Positions 22,361-34,822 of a stretch of DNA of 64,000 nucleotides are shown one piece after another. The DNA comes from an uncultured Nitrososphaerales archaeon (GTDB lineage: Archaea > Thermoproteota > Nitrososphaeria > Nitrososphaerales > Nitrososphaeraceae). Below the pieces are notes generated by a model. It searched no databases. It worked only from the letters and a program-made list of their open reading frames with translations, and had not been told where the DNA came from. Made by a program: the position numbers and the translations under genes. Location of the stretch: the NCBI GenBank assembly GCA_963709405.1, contig CAVPXM010000060.1, forward strand, positions 1 to 64,000, in the 5' to 3' direction. Each line of letters starts with the position of its first letter. Within the stretch, counting starts at the first letter, position 1.

Positions 22361-24515
22361 TTACACTTTCTGCTCTTGTACTACCTTCTCCTCCTCCCTA
22401 TATACTCGAGGGGCCTCTTCTTTGCCACTCTTCCAGATGGCATTTGAATATAACATAGCAGGCACCAATCTCTTGAATTCCACTCCTTCTCCTATATACC
22501 ACTTGGGGAACCATTCGTAAAGATGTAATCTTATTGTCTGAATGTAAACGATCAATCCCTCTATTAGCATAATTCCGATATTCCCACCTATTAGTACCGC
22601 AAGCCCTCCTCCATGCAAATACGATTGATTCACAGTCACTAGGAGAGCTGAATGTACTAACAGCATAATCCCTATTCGACTATAGCTTATAATATTTGAT
22701 AACATTTCCACTATTCTAACAAGAATTACTTCAATAACAACACCCATAATCCCTCCGCCCTCATCGTGACCGTGTTTGGCTACTTCTTTCTGTTCCTTCC
22801 ATCCACCGTAGATCATGATCGCAACAGTTGCAAGAATCACAGGAACAGCTGCCTTAGCCACAATGTCCACCGTAACCCATCGACCAAATGTGAAGGACAA
22901 CCAGGGAACAGGTTCTGTATGAGTGTGACCTGCAACTCCAAACATTCCAATGATATCGTATTGAGAACCGATAGCTGCTAGTACCAGTGAGACTATTGCA
23001 AGAAATTGAATAATATTTGGAATATCATGGGTCCACACAAAGAGCTTATTACCGTCCTTAATATCTTTGTGAAGTCTGAGAAAGAATGCCATTAACAAGT
23101 GCACAATGCCAATAGCTACTGAAACCTTCAGAATTTTAACTACTTGTGCGAACGTTAGCTCTGAAATGTTTAAGACCCCAATGAATGGGATATGGGATGT
23201 TATTGGTGCAAGCACTGCTATTCCGAGTATGTGAAAGCCAAAAACCTCGCCAGTGCCCAAGCCAGCAATGGCGAGCTGCGGCCCCACTAGCAGCAATTAG
23301 GGTACCCCATGTGGTAATCGATCCGTTACCTCTTTGTCTTAATAGCATACCTAGCCCGAAGAGCAACAATCCATGACCTAGATCGGCAAACATTAATCCG
23401 AAGAAGAGAGGCCAAACAAAAGCGATGATAGGAGTTGGATCTACCTCATCAGTTCTAGGTATTCCTTGAGTTTCGGTAATTACCTCAAATGTGCGTATGT
23501 ACTTTTTGTTACTCAAGAGTGTCGGTAACACCAGCTCCTGATCACCTTGGTTCAAACTATGAACGCCTGCATCCTCAACTATCGAAATGTAATTTTTTGT
23601 AAGATTTTTAAATTTACTCTGCATCTTCTCGGGTATGTAGCCGTTGATCAAAGCAAAATTCCTTGTACCACCGGGTCGTCTAGTTATTTCTAAGACGTCC
23701 TTTGCAGCCTTTGCCACCTCATGCAATGACAGGATTTGAATTAAATTAGCTTTTCTTAATTTTTGGATCTTTTTACCAATTTCCGTAGAGCTGGCTTCCA
23801 ACTCCTTTACCTTAGCATGGGCTTCTGAGTAGGCAATACTTGGGTTTTGAGTGGTATCTACAGGTATTTGTATCGGGTGTATGCCAAAACCTCTAAGTAC
23901 CTTTACGATTCTTTCGGATTCTTCAGATGCGCCAACTACCACGATCGAGGTTTTATCATCTGACAATTTGTTGGTAAAGACCTGAAGATCGCCCAAGCTC
24001 CTCTGTATCTCAACGAGGTCTTTAGAGTCTATAATAAATATCTCGGCATAAAAATACTTCAAAGCTCTGAATAGCGCCAAGTTGAGATTCAAATCAGCTG
24101 CGAGTTTTAGCGCACTCTCGACGTTCCTGTATTCCTCTAACTGCTTTGCTATTGTGTTCTGTTCTACTATGACTTTTTTTGGCTCATCAAGGATTAACTT
24201 GCCTCTATCTTCCAAATCAGCTACGAAATTCTGTATGTCATTTATTACGTACTCAGTTTTTCCTTTTGGAGCACCCTTGAACATTGTATCGATAACGCCA
24301 GTCTCCAATGGAATGTTTAATGCTCTTGTCACATCGTCTATATCTTGATATACCTTTTGAGCCTTTAACATTAAATCATCTAAAAGAGGGTCAGAGTGTT
24401 CAGAACTGTTTGGAAGGGTATGAATCCATTCTAGCTCAGCTAACTTGCTGACCACTTGCTGTGTTTCTGCTCTAGGGAAGATAACAGTGGCTTTCATCAG
24501 TTTGGCCAGGCCCAT
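22361..24515 (-). CDS. atpI: A/V-type ATP synthase subunit I (a), frameshift ~23275
   Basis: EVDPTP, FFGLMFADLGHG, SNIISYSRI, QTIRLHLYEWFPKWY. Confidence 0.93.
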
Positions 24516-24592
24516 TTTTATACTTGCTTGTAAACGCAGTCTCTTTAAATTCTTTGCTCTTTTTATTTTTAAGGAAAGAGTTACTCGCGGTC

Positions 24593-24613
24593 GTCATCCC
24601 CGCTCGGGATGAC
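24593..24613. other. GC-rich hairpin in the atpK-atpI spacer
   Basis: GTCATCCC-cgctc-GGGATGAC perfect 8-bp stem in AT-rich surroundings. Confidence 0.55.
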
Positions 24614-24686
24614 TTACCCTCTGACATTTATAATAAAATATCTTGAATTACTATCTTTAGAGCAACAAGATTTCAAACATTATGGT

Positions 24687-25049
24687 CTATTGACCAAGGA
24701 TGATGAACATCATTACAATGCCGTAAATGGCAATGGATTCTACCATACCTACAAAGATGAAAACTCTTGACTGCATCTTTGGATTATCGCTAATCGCCGC
24801 TAAACCAGCTGCGCCTACAAACCCCAAACCTATGCCAGCCCCAGCTCCGGCCAAACCGAAGGCTAGTCCTGCACCAATAAGTTTTGAAGATTGAGCTGCG
24901 GCGCCAGCTGCGGCGCCAACTACGGCTGCTTTTTGTGCATTTTGTGCATGGGCCAATGGAAATCCAGGTACTGCTAAAAACGCAAAGGTAATAGTTATTG
25001 TAATGACCAAAACCGGAATGAATGCACGCTCGCCCATTTTAGTAGTCAT
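24687..25049 (-). CDS. atpK: ATP synthase subunit K (c, proteolipid)
   Basis: GAGLAFGLAGAGAGIG, GMVESIAIYG with the ion-binding Glu; N-terminal extension. Confidence 0.95.
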   Translation of the reverse strand: MTTKMGERAFIPVLVITITITFAFLAVPGFPLAHAQNAQKAAVVGAAAGAAAQSSKLIGAGLAFGLAGAGAGIGLGFVGAAGLAAISDNPKMQSRVFIFVGMVESIAIYGIVMMFIILGQ

Positions 25050-25186
25050 AGGGTTTCGAGATCAAATGCCCTATTTATTTATAACGAAATGCAACAAAGA
25101 TTTTATGTGAAACTCCAAAAATAATGAGACATTAGCCTATATGAAATCGGGAATATTAACTCTAAGGTTCCCTTTTATTAGAGATG

Positions 25187-25828
25187 CTAACTTGATTTCT
25201 TTCTGTCCAATATAGCCTTAACCTTTTTCAGACGCACAAAGTCTTCTCTTTCACGTTCTTCTAATGTAGATCGTATAAATGAGATTGCGTGCTCATATTG
25301 AGGGATAATGACATATTCCAGCGCGTTGATAAGTTTCTGAGTCCGTTCTAGCTCTTTAGCTAAACTAAAGATCGCATTTTCATATTCAGGAGCTTTACAG
25401 ATTTTCGGAAGTATATTTTTAATCAGCTTGGCCGCCTTGTCCACTGAAGAATTCGTTTCAATGAACCCATACGACAACTCCTGACCACCTTCCTTAGTCT
25501 TTACCTGAAGAGTTGGAATTTTTACATCAACAATCCTCCTAACGTTAACATCTACCTCCATCACACTTGGTGTGGAATCGGCGATTGATTCCAATGTAGT
25601 TGTACCCAATGACATGTACGAATCATAGACGGAAGTGTAAATTTGGCCAAGCGGATTCCATATATCGCTTCTCGCCCTGTTTGCTTCTTCGATCATTTCA
25701 TCGATCTTTTTTAGTAGAACCTCTCGTTTATCGTCCAAAATTTTGTGAACCATCCTTCCTACCCGCAGGGAATGCCGGATCTTTATTAGCTCGATCTTTG
25801 TTGCTACAACTCGGCCTCCGAAGGACAT
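25187..25828 (-). CDS. atpD: ATP synthase subunit D
   Basis: TKIELI, LDDKREVL, INALEYVIIP, LEEREREDFVRLK. Confidence 0.95.
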   Translation of the reverse strand: MSFGGRVVATKIELIKIRHSLRVGRMVHKILDDKREVLLKKIDEMIEEANRARSDIWNPLGQIYTSVYDSYMSLGTTTLESIADSTPSVMEVDVNVRRIVDVKIPTLQVKTKEGGQELSYGFIETNSSVDKAAKLIKNILPKICKAPEYENAIFSLAKELERTQKLINALEYVIIPQYEHAISFIRSTLEEREREDFVRLKKVKAILDRKKSS

Positions 25829-25834
25829 TTTACG

Positions 25835-27223
25835 TTAGCTTTTCCCCTTATAATACTGCCTGACATTCTTTTCTTTTATCTTGGTTAATTCACCTTCAGG
25901 TAGCGAGGAAAGGACATCCCAGGCCCTGCTTAGAGTTTCTTCTAAGGTCCTATTCTCGTCTTGATTTTGCTTTAAAAAGTGATTTTCAAATAGATCTCCT
26001 ACCTCAAGGTATTTGAGATCCACGCCGGTCAAACCCGCTTTACCTACAATTTCGGCTAGCGATCTCACCTCTTGTGCTCTCGAATAAGCATCGTACAACT
26101 GATTTCCAACTTCCATATGATCTGCTCTTGTCTTTCCTTCCCCTACTCCGTCCTTCATTAATCTTGACAAGGACATGAGCACATTTACAGATGGATAGAT
26201 CCCTTTTCTAAATAATTCTCTACCAAGAACAATTTGACCCTCGGTAATATATCCAGTTAAATCTGGTATCGGATGAGTAATGTCATCGGCTGGCATTGAC
26301 AAGATAGGGACTTGGGTCACACTCCCATTCTTACCCTTTATTCTTCCTGCGCGTTCGTAGTTATTTGCGAGATCGGTATATAGATAGCCTGGATATCCTT
26401 TTCTACCAGGTACTTCTTCCCTAGCAGCGCTAATCTCTCTCAAGGCTTCAGCATAGTTGGTGATGTCAGTCAAAATGGCCAAAACATGCATCCCGAGATC
26501 AAATGCAAGATATTCCGCCACAGTCAGGGCGACTCGGGGTGTGATTATTCTTTCGATTGCTGGATCATCCGCTAAGTTAAGAAATAATACACTACGACGC
26601 AAGGCTCCTGATTCCTCTAAACTGCGCTTGAAATACTGAGCCTCAGAGTACTGCACTCCTATGGCCGCAAATACTACTGCAAAATCTTCCTTAGTTCCTA
26701 CAACGGTAGCTTGTCGTGCGATCTGCGCAGCCAATATATTGTGAGGCATACCGGAGCCAGAGAAGATTGGCAGTTTTTGTCCTCTAACCAATGTAAGCAT
26801 TCCATCGATTACTGACACACCGGTTTGAATGAAAGAGGTAGGATATTCTCTTCTTTCAGGATTCATAGGCTCCCCGTTAACGTCAATAAACCTATCTGCA
26901 ACAGGGTCCGGCAACGAATCGTTTGGCCTACCAAGGCCATCGAAGACCCTTCCAAGTAATTCTTGGGAAACAGGCATAGTCATAGTCTTTCCGAGGAATT
27001 TTGCCTTGGTCCCTGAAATGGCAAGACCTGTTGTACCTTCAAATACTTGAACTACAGCCTTGCCATAACCAACTTCCACGACCTTACCTAACCTTCTCTC
27101 ACCGTCGGCTGTTTCGATTTCGACGAGCTCATCAAATGACGCTTTCGTGATGCCATCAATAACCATAAGAGGACCTTTAATTTCTGCGACTTTGGTATAC
27201 TCTATTCCTACGGTTTCAGACAA
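25835..27223 (-). CDS. atpB: ATP synthase subunit B
   Basis: [44 protein letters not shown]. Confidence 0.97.
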   Translation of the reverse strand: MSETVGIEYTKVAEIKGPLMVIDGITKASFDELVEIETADGERRLGKVVEVGYGKAVVQVFEGTTGLAISGTKAKFLGKTMTMPVSQELLGRVFDGLGRPNDSLPDPVADRFIDVNGEPMNPERREYPTSFIQTGVSVIDGMLTLVRGQKLPIFSGSGMPHNILAAQIARQATVVGTKEDFAVVFAAIGVQYSEAQYFKRSLEESGALRRSVLFLNLADDPAIERIITPRVALTVAEYLAFDLGMHVLAILTDITNYAEALREISAAREEVPGRKGYPGYLYTDLANNYERAGRIKGKNGSVTQVPILSMPADDITHPIPDLTGYITEGQIVLGRELFRKGIYPSVNVLMSLSRLMKDGVGEGKTRADHMEVGNQLYDAYSRAQEVRSLAEIVGKAGLTGVDLKYLEVGDLFENHFLKQNQDENRTLEETLSRAWDVLSSLPEGELTKIKEKNVRQYYKGKS

Positions 27224-29003
27224 CTACCTTCGCCTCCTCTGGTGAAATGCTTTTATGAAACTCCTCAGAGAGTCTTTTATCTAATTCATCAAGCTTTGAG
27301 ACCTGATCGTCAGGAATTTCAAATTTGGCCTTTAAAAGGGTAGTAATGATTGGCATGGCTCGTATATCAGCCAGAGGAATACCCTCTCTAAGTGCTTTTT
27401 GAGATTCTTTGTAGAATTTGAGCATTAGTCTTACCAATTTCACTTGCTTTTCAGGACTGCAGTAAGTGTCGACATTATCAAAAGAATTTTGCTGCAGTAT
27501 TCCAATTTTGATCATTCTTGCCAGTTCCAACACCAATTTTTCTTCGTCCGGAAGAGCCTCTGGCCCGAGCAATCGAACTATCTCTTTTAAGGTGTCCTCC
27601 CTTTGCAAAATATGATAGGACTCTGCCCTAAGTTCATACCAGTCAGCGCTGACATTTTCTTTCCACCACTTTGATACATCTTCTAAATAGCCAGAGTAAG
27701 ATTGCATCCAATTAATAGACGGGTAGTGTCTTGAATAAGCTAGCCTAGTGTCCAATGCCCAAAATGTCTTGATGAATCTAATGGTATGCGTTGTCACAGG
27801 TTCTGTAAAATCTGCTCCTGAGGGAGATACCGCACCAATTAATGTGACTGATCCAGCTCTCTGAGGCGAGCCTAAGGGCCTTACACGACCAGCTCTTTCA
27901 TAAAACTCAGCCAGCCTTGAGGCCAGATACGATGGATATCCTTCTTCAGCTGGCATTTCCTCAAGTCGGCCGGACATTTCCCTTAATGCTTCTGCCCATC
28001 TACTTGTCGAGTCGGCAACAAGTACAACATCAAATCCCATATCACGATAGTATTCTGCAATAGTTACACCGGTATAGATAGAAGCTTCTCTGGCTGCAAC
28101 TGGCATGTTACTCGTATTTGCAACAAGCACAGTTCTTTCCATCAGTGGCCTACCTGATCTTGGATCAATTAAGTGAGGAAATTCTACAAGTACCTCGGTC
28201 ATCTCGTTACCTCTTTCTCCGCAGCCTATGTAAACTACAACTTTTGAATCAGCCCACTTGGCGATCTGATGTAATGTAACGGTTTTACCTGTGCCAAATC
28301 CTCCAGGAATTGCTCCGGTCCCTCCTTTGGCGATCGGAAAGTAAGTATCAATTATACGCTGTCCGGTAATAAGTGGGACTGACGGATCATATCTCTCAGC
28401 GTAAGGTCGAGGCTTTCTGACCGGCCATTTATGATACATCCTCAAATCTGTCTTGTACCCACTTCGTTCAGTATTGGCTATAACTTGATTTATATCGTAG
28501 TCTCCCTCACTTACGATCTCGCTTATTATCCCTCCCAAATGATCTGGAGGAACCAAGATACTGTGAGTTAGTAATGGTGTTTCCTGCACTGTCCCGAGGA
28601 TAGATCCTGCTTGGATTGTATCCCCCTTCTTGACTTGGGGAATGAATTTGTACTTTTTCTTCATATCGACTGGAGTAGTCGCAATACCTCTTCCGATGAA
28701 ATCTCCAGTTTTTTGGGCCATTTCAACAAGTGGTCTTTGGATTCCGTCATAAATTCTACCAATAATTCCTGGTCCCAAAAGAACAGAAAGCGGTTGACCA
28801 GTGCCCACTACTGGCTCGCCAGGTTTTAATCCAGAAGTGGACTCATAAACTTGTACAAATCCAATATCTCCTGTTAATCTTATTACCTCTCCGATCAGTT
28901 TCGACTCTCCTACTTCGACTGTCTCGTACATCTTAGTTGAAGACATACCATCTGCCCTAACAGCTGGACCGCTAACCCAAACAATCTTGCCACTGGCAAC
29001 CAT
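27216..29003 (-). CDS. atpA: ATP synthase subunit A
   Basis: GGFGTGKT P-loop, [22 protein letters not shown]; no intein. Confidence 0.97.
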   Translation of the reverse strand: MVASGKIVWVSGPAVRADGMSSTKMYETVEVGESKLIGEVIRLTGDIGFVQVYESTSGLKPGEPVVGTGQPLSVLLGPGIIGRIYDGIQRPLVEMAQKTGDFIGRGIATTPVDMKKKYKFIPQVKKGDTIQAGSILGTVQETPLLTHSILVPPDHLGGIISEIVSEGDYDINQVIANTERSGYKTDLRMYHKWPVRKPRPYAERYDPSVPLITGQRIIDTYFPIAKGGTGAIPGGFGTGKTVTLHQIAKWADSKVVVYIGCGERGNEMTEVLVEFPHLIDPRSGRPLMERTVLVANTSNMPVAAREASIYTGVTIAEYYRDMGFDVVLVADSTSRWAEALREMSGRLEEMPAEEGYPSYLASRLAEFYERAGRVRPLGSPQRAGSVTLIGAVSPSGADFTEPVTTHTIRFIKTFWALDTRLAYSRHYPSINWMQSYSGYLEDVSKWWKENVSADWYELRAESYHILQREDTLKEIVRLLGPEALPDEEKLVLELARMIKIGILQQNSFDNVDTYCSPEKQVKLVRLMLKFYKESQKALREGIPLADIRAMPIITTLLKAKFEIPDDQVSKLDELDKRLSEEFHKSISPEEAKVVV

Positions 29004-29007
29004 GATC

Positions 29008-29640
29008 TTAACTCTCTCCTCTTAGCATCTGGACAATACTTTTCCTTATTAAAGGTTTGAGTCTTTCAATTCTAGAGTCTAAAGTTCCATCGTAGGTCAG
29101 CGACAGATCAGCTGATCTTACACGTACACCACCAATAGCGTCTATAGGTTTTTCGCTTAATACCAGATTGATTCTTTTCTGCTTATTCGAGGAAGCCATC
29201 AATTTTTTGACCAATTCTGTATCATTCTTGTTGCACTCGACGATCATGCCATCCTTTCCTATGGCAGACAAACCATCCTCAAGTAACTTATTCATTAATT
29301 GTTTGTAATTTTCATCCCTTCCTACAGAATGTAATGCTAATTTGGCCTTTTCAAACACTTCGTTAACTGCTGCCTCGACTATCAATAGTTGCTTGTTCCT
29401 CGCATTCAGTCTAGTCGAGCCAACTATCTGTCTTTTCAAATTATCTGCTTGCTTCTTTGCTGCATCAATAATTTTCTCGTATTCAGATTCTATCAATGTT
29501 CTAGATGATTCTAGATTATTCATTGATTCATGGTAAGCCGAGTCAATCTGTGTGACCAAATCCGACTCTTTTTGAGATAAAACCTTGTTGACAGTGCGCT
29601 CAAGGGCTGTATTTGAACTCATATCAATTGTTTTTCGCAA
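29008..29640 (-). CDS. atpE: ATP synthase subunit E
   Basis: Coiled-coil N-terminus, [15 protein letters not shown]; first gene of operon; likely start 29622. Confidence 0.9.
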   Translation of the reverse strand: MRKTIDMSSNTALERTVNKVLSQKESDLVTQIDSAYHESMNNLESSRTLIESEYEKIIDAAKKQADNLKRQIVGSTRLNARNKQLLIVEAAVNEVFEKAKLALHSVGRDENYKQLMNKLLEDGLSAIGKDGMIVECNKNDTELVKKLMASSNKQKRINLVLSEKPIDAIGGVRVRSADLSLTYDGTLDSRIERLKPLIRKSIVQMLRGES

Positions 29641-29788
29641 AAATACGTGATTTTAATCTTTTGATAGCATATGCTCAATAATTCACAAAAAATTCACCAA
29701 GACTAGTGTTATCGGAGCATTAAGGACTGATTAACTAATTAATTATTCGATGAAATTAAAAAAGAGTATATTCTTCTTCTTGGGTGCG

Positions 29789-30400
29789 TTATGACGAACC
29801 GCACTTACTATTACCAGTCAACGAGGAGCTCTTTACTCTTTCCTCAATTAGTTTTGCCATTCTTCTTAGTTGCTGAAAATGACTGCCCTTCCAATAGATC
29901 TTGTTGCAAGAAGTGCATCGGAAAATCTCCTTGTAGTCCATTCTTATCCTGGCTGGTATTGAATTACTTTCGATATCGGTAATCCTCTTGATTTCCAAAA
30001 ACCCATTGCATGCAGCACAACGGGAGCGATTAGTATCCAGATTTACTTGGTTAATACCATATTTTACAAATATGTAGACAAGATTGTCTGTATCGTTAGT
30101 ACCATTTAGGAGGGATCCGTATCCCCCGATCTTAAGGATTCTTTTGAAGAGTTCTTTGTCACAAGTAAGCATAATTCTATTTTGTTTAGAGGCTATATTC
30201 AAAACAGCATCATCATTAATATCCGGAACATATATCGTATCAAAGCCAAATACTCGCAATTTGCGAGCGATACTGCCGAGCATAGCGTCGGCAAAAAAGA
30301 CCGGCCTAATATTAGTTGGCGGTGTCAGCTCTACATTCTTCACACGTAAATGTTCCTTCCTGATATTGCAAAAGATCAGACCATTCACCACATTCATCAC
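29789..30400 (-). CDS. Mut7-C RNase domain protein
   Basis: FFADAMLGSIARKLRVFGFDT, LTCDKEL, RCAACNG, CTSCNKIYWKGSH; true start likely ~30343. Confidence 0.9.
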   Translation of the reverse strand: MMNVVNGLIFCNIRKEHLRVKNVELTPPTNIRPVFFADAMLGSIARKLRVFGFDTIYVPDINDDAVLNIASKQNRIMLTCDKELFKRILKIGGYGSLLNGTNDTDNLVYIFVKYGINQVNLDTNRSRCAACNGFLEIKRITDIESNSIPARIRMDYKEIFRCTSCNKIYWKGSHFQQLRRMAKLIEERVKSSSLTGNSKCGSS

Positions 30401-30899
30401 AATATCCTGAGATGTCGTTTGCCGAACGACCGATTTCTCCCCTGATAATGGCGGCTTTTTCAGAAATTACGTCTACCAAATCTGGGGTAACGGCAATGAC
30501 GTCGGACGCGGATATAATTCCCACTAACCTACCCTTATAAACCACACCCAATCTCTTTATTCTGTGTTGGCGTAGGATTCTAGCTGCCTCAGTTACTCCT
30601 TCCTCTCCCTCAATGGTGTACAGCTTTTGCATTACATCCTTGGCCTTTATCATACTTGGTTTGACATCTTGGATCACCGCACCTGAAACAATATCCCAAT
30701 CCGTGACAACACCATCAGGATCACCCTTCTTATTAGTAACTACAATACTGCCAACCCGTTCATCTTTCATTTTTATAGCAAGGTCCCTAATAGTAGTGTC
30801 CGCAGATGTTGAAACTACAGGACTATTCATAATATCTCTAACTAGCACACGTGTTATCATATTTGCATCTCTATGCCGTTCGGTGGGTTGCTTTACCAC
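30312..30899 (-). CDS. CBS-domain protein with C-terminal zinc ribbon
   Basis: VRDIMNSPVV, IKRLGV..LVGIIS, GYCDECG..CEEC. Confidence 0.9.
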   Translation of the reverse strand: MVKQPTERHRDANMITRVLVRDIMNSPVVSTSADTTIRDLAIKMKDERVGSIVVTNKKGDPDGVVTDWDIVSGAVIQDVKPSMIKAKDVMQKLYTIEGEEGVTEAARILRQHRIKRLGVVYKGRLVGIISASDVIAVTPDLVDVISEKAAIIRGEIGRSANDISGYCDECGEWSDLLQYQEGTFTCEECRADTAN

Positions 30900-30934
30900 A
30901 ATAGTGAGTTATGATTATTGCTTTAATTACTTTC

Positions 30935-33000
30935 CTAATCTATACTCGTCTTTCGTTTGTCCGTTGATAAATCAGCCGCAGCTGGTATCTTGGCATCCCC
31001 TCTAGTGGTTTGGGAAATTTTTGACCTACCAGCTGGAAGGATCATCATCATCTCGTCATAAGAAATTGCCTTTATGTACGAGGAGAGTTCTTCGCCTGCT
31101 TCATTATTATTAAAATATCCAGCTTCTGTACTCGCCCGGTACAGCTCGTTCCTCAACCTCTTTGTAATCTCCATTGGGTCGTATCCTCCGGGAAGCAAGG
31201 TGCTGTAAAGGACTGATCTTTGCTTAACTGCGTCTACTGGTCCGCACACAAACGAATACTGATTATTTGTAGACATAATGCCAGCCGCAAGTTTAATGTC
31301 AATGCCTTTTATGTAATTCCTTTTTCCTTCGATTACGAAGGAACCCTTTGGTAGATACTGTCCTGAGGGGGCTCCTTTTTTAAGCTGTCCCGGCAGGACC
31401 CAGTAGGCGTCTGCGGAAGATAATCCATCCTTCCATGCTCTACTGAAGGAAACTGTGGCTTGAGCAACTTGTAGAAGACTAGTTTGCAATGTAGATGTCC
31501 TACCGTTTTTAATAACAAAAAAAGGAGAACCGTGTATTTCGGCGTGAAAAACGATATCCTGTTCAGTAAGGTACTTGCGAATAATCGCTGAGTTAGAAGA
31601 GGCGTCTCTACCACCGATCGCCAGATATCCGTCACTTGTGATAAACCAGCGGTAACGTTCGTACCATTCCTTCTCTTTCTGGCGTTTAACAAAAATATGC
31701 TTCTTGTGAATCGACTCAGCTTGATTCTTCAATTTGTCAATCTTGAGCTGTAGCCTATTCTTAGCCTCTTCTATCGAAGTTCCTCCACGCTCCATTTCCT
31801 TTGCTCTGGCAAAAAGCAAGGAGGATGTTTTGGCTACGTTAGATTCAAGCTGTACGAGTTCGTCGGCTACTTTTATATATTTTATTCCTTTTGAACTGAC
31901 AATCGAAGCAGATTTAGAGGCGATCAGTTTTCCTAGCGATTCTGGGTCGATCGTCCCAATTGGGTGCTGATAGGAATACGAATATGTCATCAGTGCTGGC
32001 AGCTAAATCTCTAATCTCGGAGGCTTTCAATATGACTAGGTCTTTGGCTCTATCCTGTTCAGCTATGTCGTGTTCCAGTGCGGTAATCTCCTTATCGATT
32101 TCGCCTGTTTGAGCATTTTTTCCTCTACTGATTATGTTGTTACTAAGCACGAGATCCAGGGCTTCCATATATGACGAAACTCTCTTTACGGAGAATCCTT
32201 CAGGATAAGCGTTATCGATATTACTAGGAGATATTGGTAGAGCTTCCAGATACGTCCCTGTCTTATCAGTAATGACAACAGGTGTATGATTTGTACCCGT
32301 ACTTACATTGATTACCAGCTGATTCAAGCTTGTATATAGTTTCGAGAATTCCGTGTCAGATAGTTCGACGACCTTCTTTGCCTCCACGTTGGCTGAATGA
32401 ACTATTTCCTCAACAAATTTTTTTGGGAGAGACATGGTTCTTCCTATCCACTTCGATACATCTAGGTCCTTCGCTGAGTCTTTCCTCAGAGATTGTAATA
32501 GCTCAAGACTGATATTGAATACATCTATACCACGTGAAGGGGGCTGAGAATAGCGTAGACCAATCTTTAAAGTCCTATGTCGTACCTCTACTGGATTCAA
32601 TATCGATATTATTTGAAAATTCTGATCGCAGAGTATTATGTTACCATCTCTGAAAAATTCCAAGACAAGAAAATTTTGTTTACCGTCTAAATTGATAAAC
32701 TTGATAATAACGATCCGTTCGTTATTTATCTGTTCTATTGAATCTATTTTGGTCCTTTCAAGTTCTCTCCTAAATGTGTCTATTAATGCACTTTCCTCAA
32801 GAGATTTAAATTTGAGCTTCGTTAGCCATATGCCCTGTGTCGAAATCATTAAAATGATTTCTTTTTCCATTGGGTGATGCAACCTAAAAAGAAATGAGTT
32901 TTTCGTAACCGAATTGATAGAACTTACATAATAACCAGATTTTATGGTCTTATTGATTTCGTTGACAATATAAGGAAGCTCAATTCCCGATAGTTCCATG
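30935..33000 (-). CDS. rqcH: ribosome rescue protein RqcH (NFACT family), frameshift ~31990
   Basis: MELSGIEL, ERIV, LEFFRDGNIILCD; WYERYRWF, GGRDASSN, FHAEIHGSPF, GQYLPKGSF. Confidence 0.92.
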
Positions 33001-33130
33001 TTTAATCCTGTTATGAATCTATCGCAAATATTAATCGAAATGATATCTACAAATATGGTCGTATGCATTCAGAGACAGTTGAACCGCAAGGAATTAAACC
33101 GAGTGACATTTAATCAGAGAAGTAATATAA

Positions 33131-33427
33131 TTGGATCCGCTTGATCGAGTTTTCTATATGAGGGCAATTGTCGGTTTGATAGCAGGTATAATTACTGGAT
33201 TCATAATTGTGCCTGGCACAAGCCAGGGAAACGCAGTAGGAATAGCAGTTATGATGGCAGTATTTTTCTATATCATTTCTTATATGATAGGGAAGCGTTT
33301 AGCAGGAGGAGTACCTAGGAGCGAAAGACGAAAGCTCGCCACAAACGGGATATTTCCGTTCATATTTCTATTATTAATGTTCATGATCTTTGTCTACACC
33401 GGCCTCCATCAGGGTCTTGCACGTTAA
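33131..33427 (+). CDS. small membrane protein (3 TM)
   Basis: 98-aa hydrophobic ORF at the head of the cbi operon. Confidence 0.75.
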   Translation: MDPLDRVFYMRAIVGLIAGIITGFIIVPGTSQGNAVGIAVMMAVFFYIISYMIGKRLAGGVPRSERRKLATNGIFPFIFLLLMFMIFVYTGLHQGLAR

Positions 33428-33432
33428 AATAG

Positions 33433-34044
33433 TTGTCCATGACATTAGAAATTGCAATGCCGTGGGATTTCTCGACTCCAGGTATTCCTGATGAGCTATT
33501 CGATAGGGATGAACTAGTCCCTATAACTAAGGAGGATGTAAGGTCTTTAGTCATCAGCAAACTACGCCTAAAAGAAGGGTTTTCTGCTATTGATATAGGC
33601 TGTGGCAGTGGAAGTATCACTGTCGAGCTTTGTATCCAGACAAAGAGCGAGAACATATATGCAATAGATTTTGATGAAAGAGCCATAGAATTAACAAACA
33701 GAAATCTCCAAAAATTTGGCCTCAAATCTAGAGTGATCTTGTCCAAGGCTGAGGATATTTTACCTTCCATCCCTGAAGTTGATGCGGTAGTTGTAGGTGG
33801 AACATGGGGTAACACGGAACAAATCATTGAAATGGCTATCGAGAGATTGAAGGTAGGGGGAAGAATAGTTATCGATACTATCCTTATTGAAACTATGTAT
33901 AAAGCCCTAACTGCATTTAACAGATCGGACTTGCATGAGGTTGATGTAACTCAGGTTATAATTGCCAAAGCAAGAAAAGTGAGTAAAGGAACCATGATGA
34001 TTGCCAGAAATCCTGTTCTAATTCTTTCAGCTACTCGAAACTAA
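33433..34044 (+). CDS. cbiT: cobalt-precorrin-6B C15-methyltransferase (decarboxylating)
   Basis: TPGIPDELF, PITKEDVR, DIGCGSGS, ARNPV. Confidence 0.93.
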   Translation: MSMTLEIAMPWDFSTPGIPDELFDRDELVPITKEDVRSLVISKLRLKEGFSAIDIGCGSGSITVELCIQTKSENIYAIDFDERAIELTNRNLQKFGLKSRVILSKAEDILPSIPEVDAVVVGGTWGNTEQIIEMAIERLKVGGRIVIDTILIETMYKALTAFNRSDLHEVDVTQVIIAKARKVSKGTMMIARNPVLILSATRN

Positions 34045-34099
34045 CGAAATGCCAACAGGTGTTTTGATTTAAATAACTCAGTTTTTTAAATTCAGTCAG

Positions 34100-34822
34100 A
34101 TGAAACTCTTCTGTGTCGGATGTGGACCTGGCGATCCTGATTTACTTACCCTGAGAGCTATTAACCTAATAAAAAATGCAGATATAATTTTTGCACCTAC
34201 AGCAAGAGATGGAAAGACCAGTATCGCGTTAACGGTGGTAAAAAAATACATAACAAAGTCAACCGACATCATTACTCTGACCTTCCCAATGCTAAAGGAT
34301 ATTGAAATATTAAAGAACCACTGGAAGCAGAATACTGAAGAAATAGTTAAAGCTGTTATATCGGGCAAGAGAGTTGTATATTTGACAATAGGGGACCCTG
34401 CACTCTATAGCACCTGGATATATATTCAAAGAGAATTAGAGAAATGGCATCCGGATATAGAAGTAGACATTGTCCCTGGTATCACTTCTTTTTCTGCGTT
34501 TGCAGCAAAGGCAAAGATCAGTCTTGCTGAAGGAGATCAAACTGTCGGAATAGTTCCTGCATGCTATGATTTAAGTAAAGTCAAACATGCTGCTGAATCC
34601 TGCGATACGCTAATATTTCTAAAGGATGGACGTTATTTTGATAGCGTGATCGAGATGCTGTCTCATGCAGGTTTCAAGGAGGACTCTGTTATTGCTATAG
34701 CTCAGGACCTGTCCTCGGAAGGTGAGGTAATGGTAATGAACAAGCTCGCGGATTTGCGGAAATCAAAAGGCACTACTCAAAAGTATTTCTCCGTGATGGT
34801 GGCTAAGAAAAGAAATGATTGA
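34100..34822 (+). CDS. cbiL: precorrin-2 C20-methyltransferase
   Basis: GCGPGDPDLLTLRA, LTFPM, LTIGDPALYST, VPGITS. Confidence 0.92.
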   Translation: MKLFCVGCGPGDPDLLTLRAINLIKNADIIFAPTARDGKTSIALTVVKKYITKSTDIITLTFPMLKDIEILKNHWKQNTEEIVKAVISGKRVVYLTIGDPALYSTWIYIQRELEKWHPDIEVDIVPGITSFSAFAAKAKISLAEGDQTVGIVPACYDLSKVKHAAESCDTLIFLKDGRYFDSVIEMLSHAGFKEDSVIAIAQDLSSEGEVMVMNKLADLRKSKGTTQKYFSVMVAKKRND

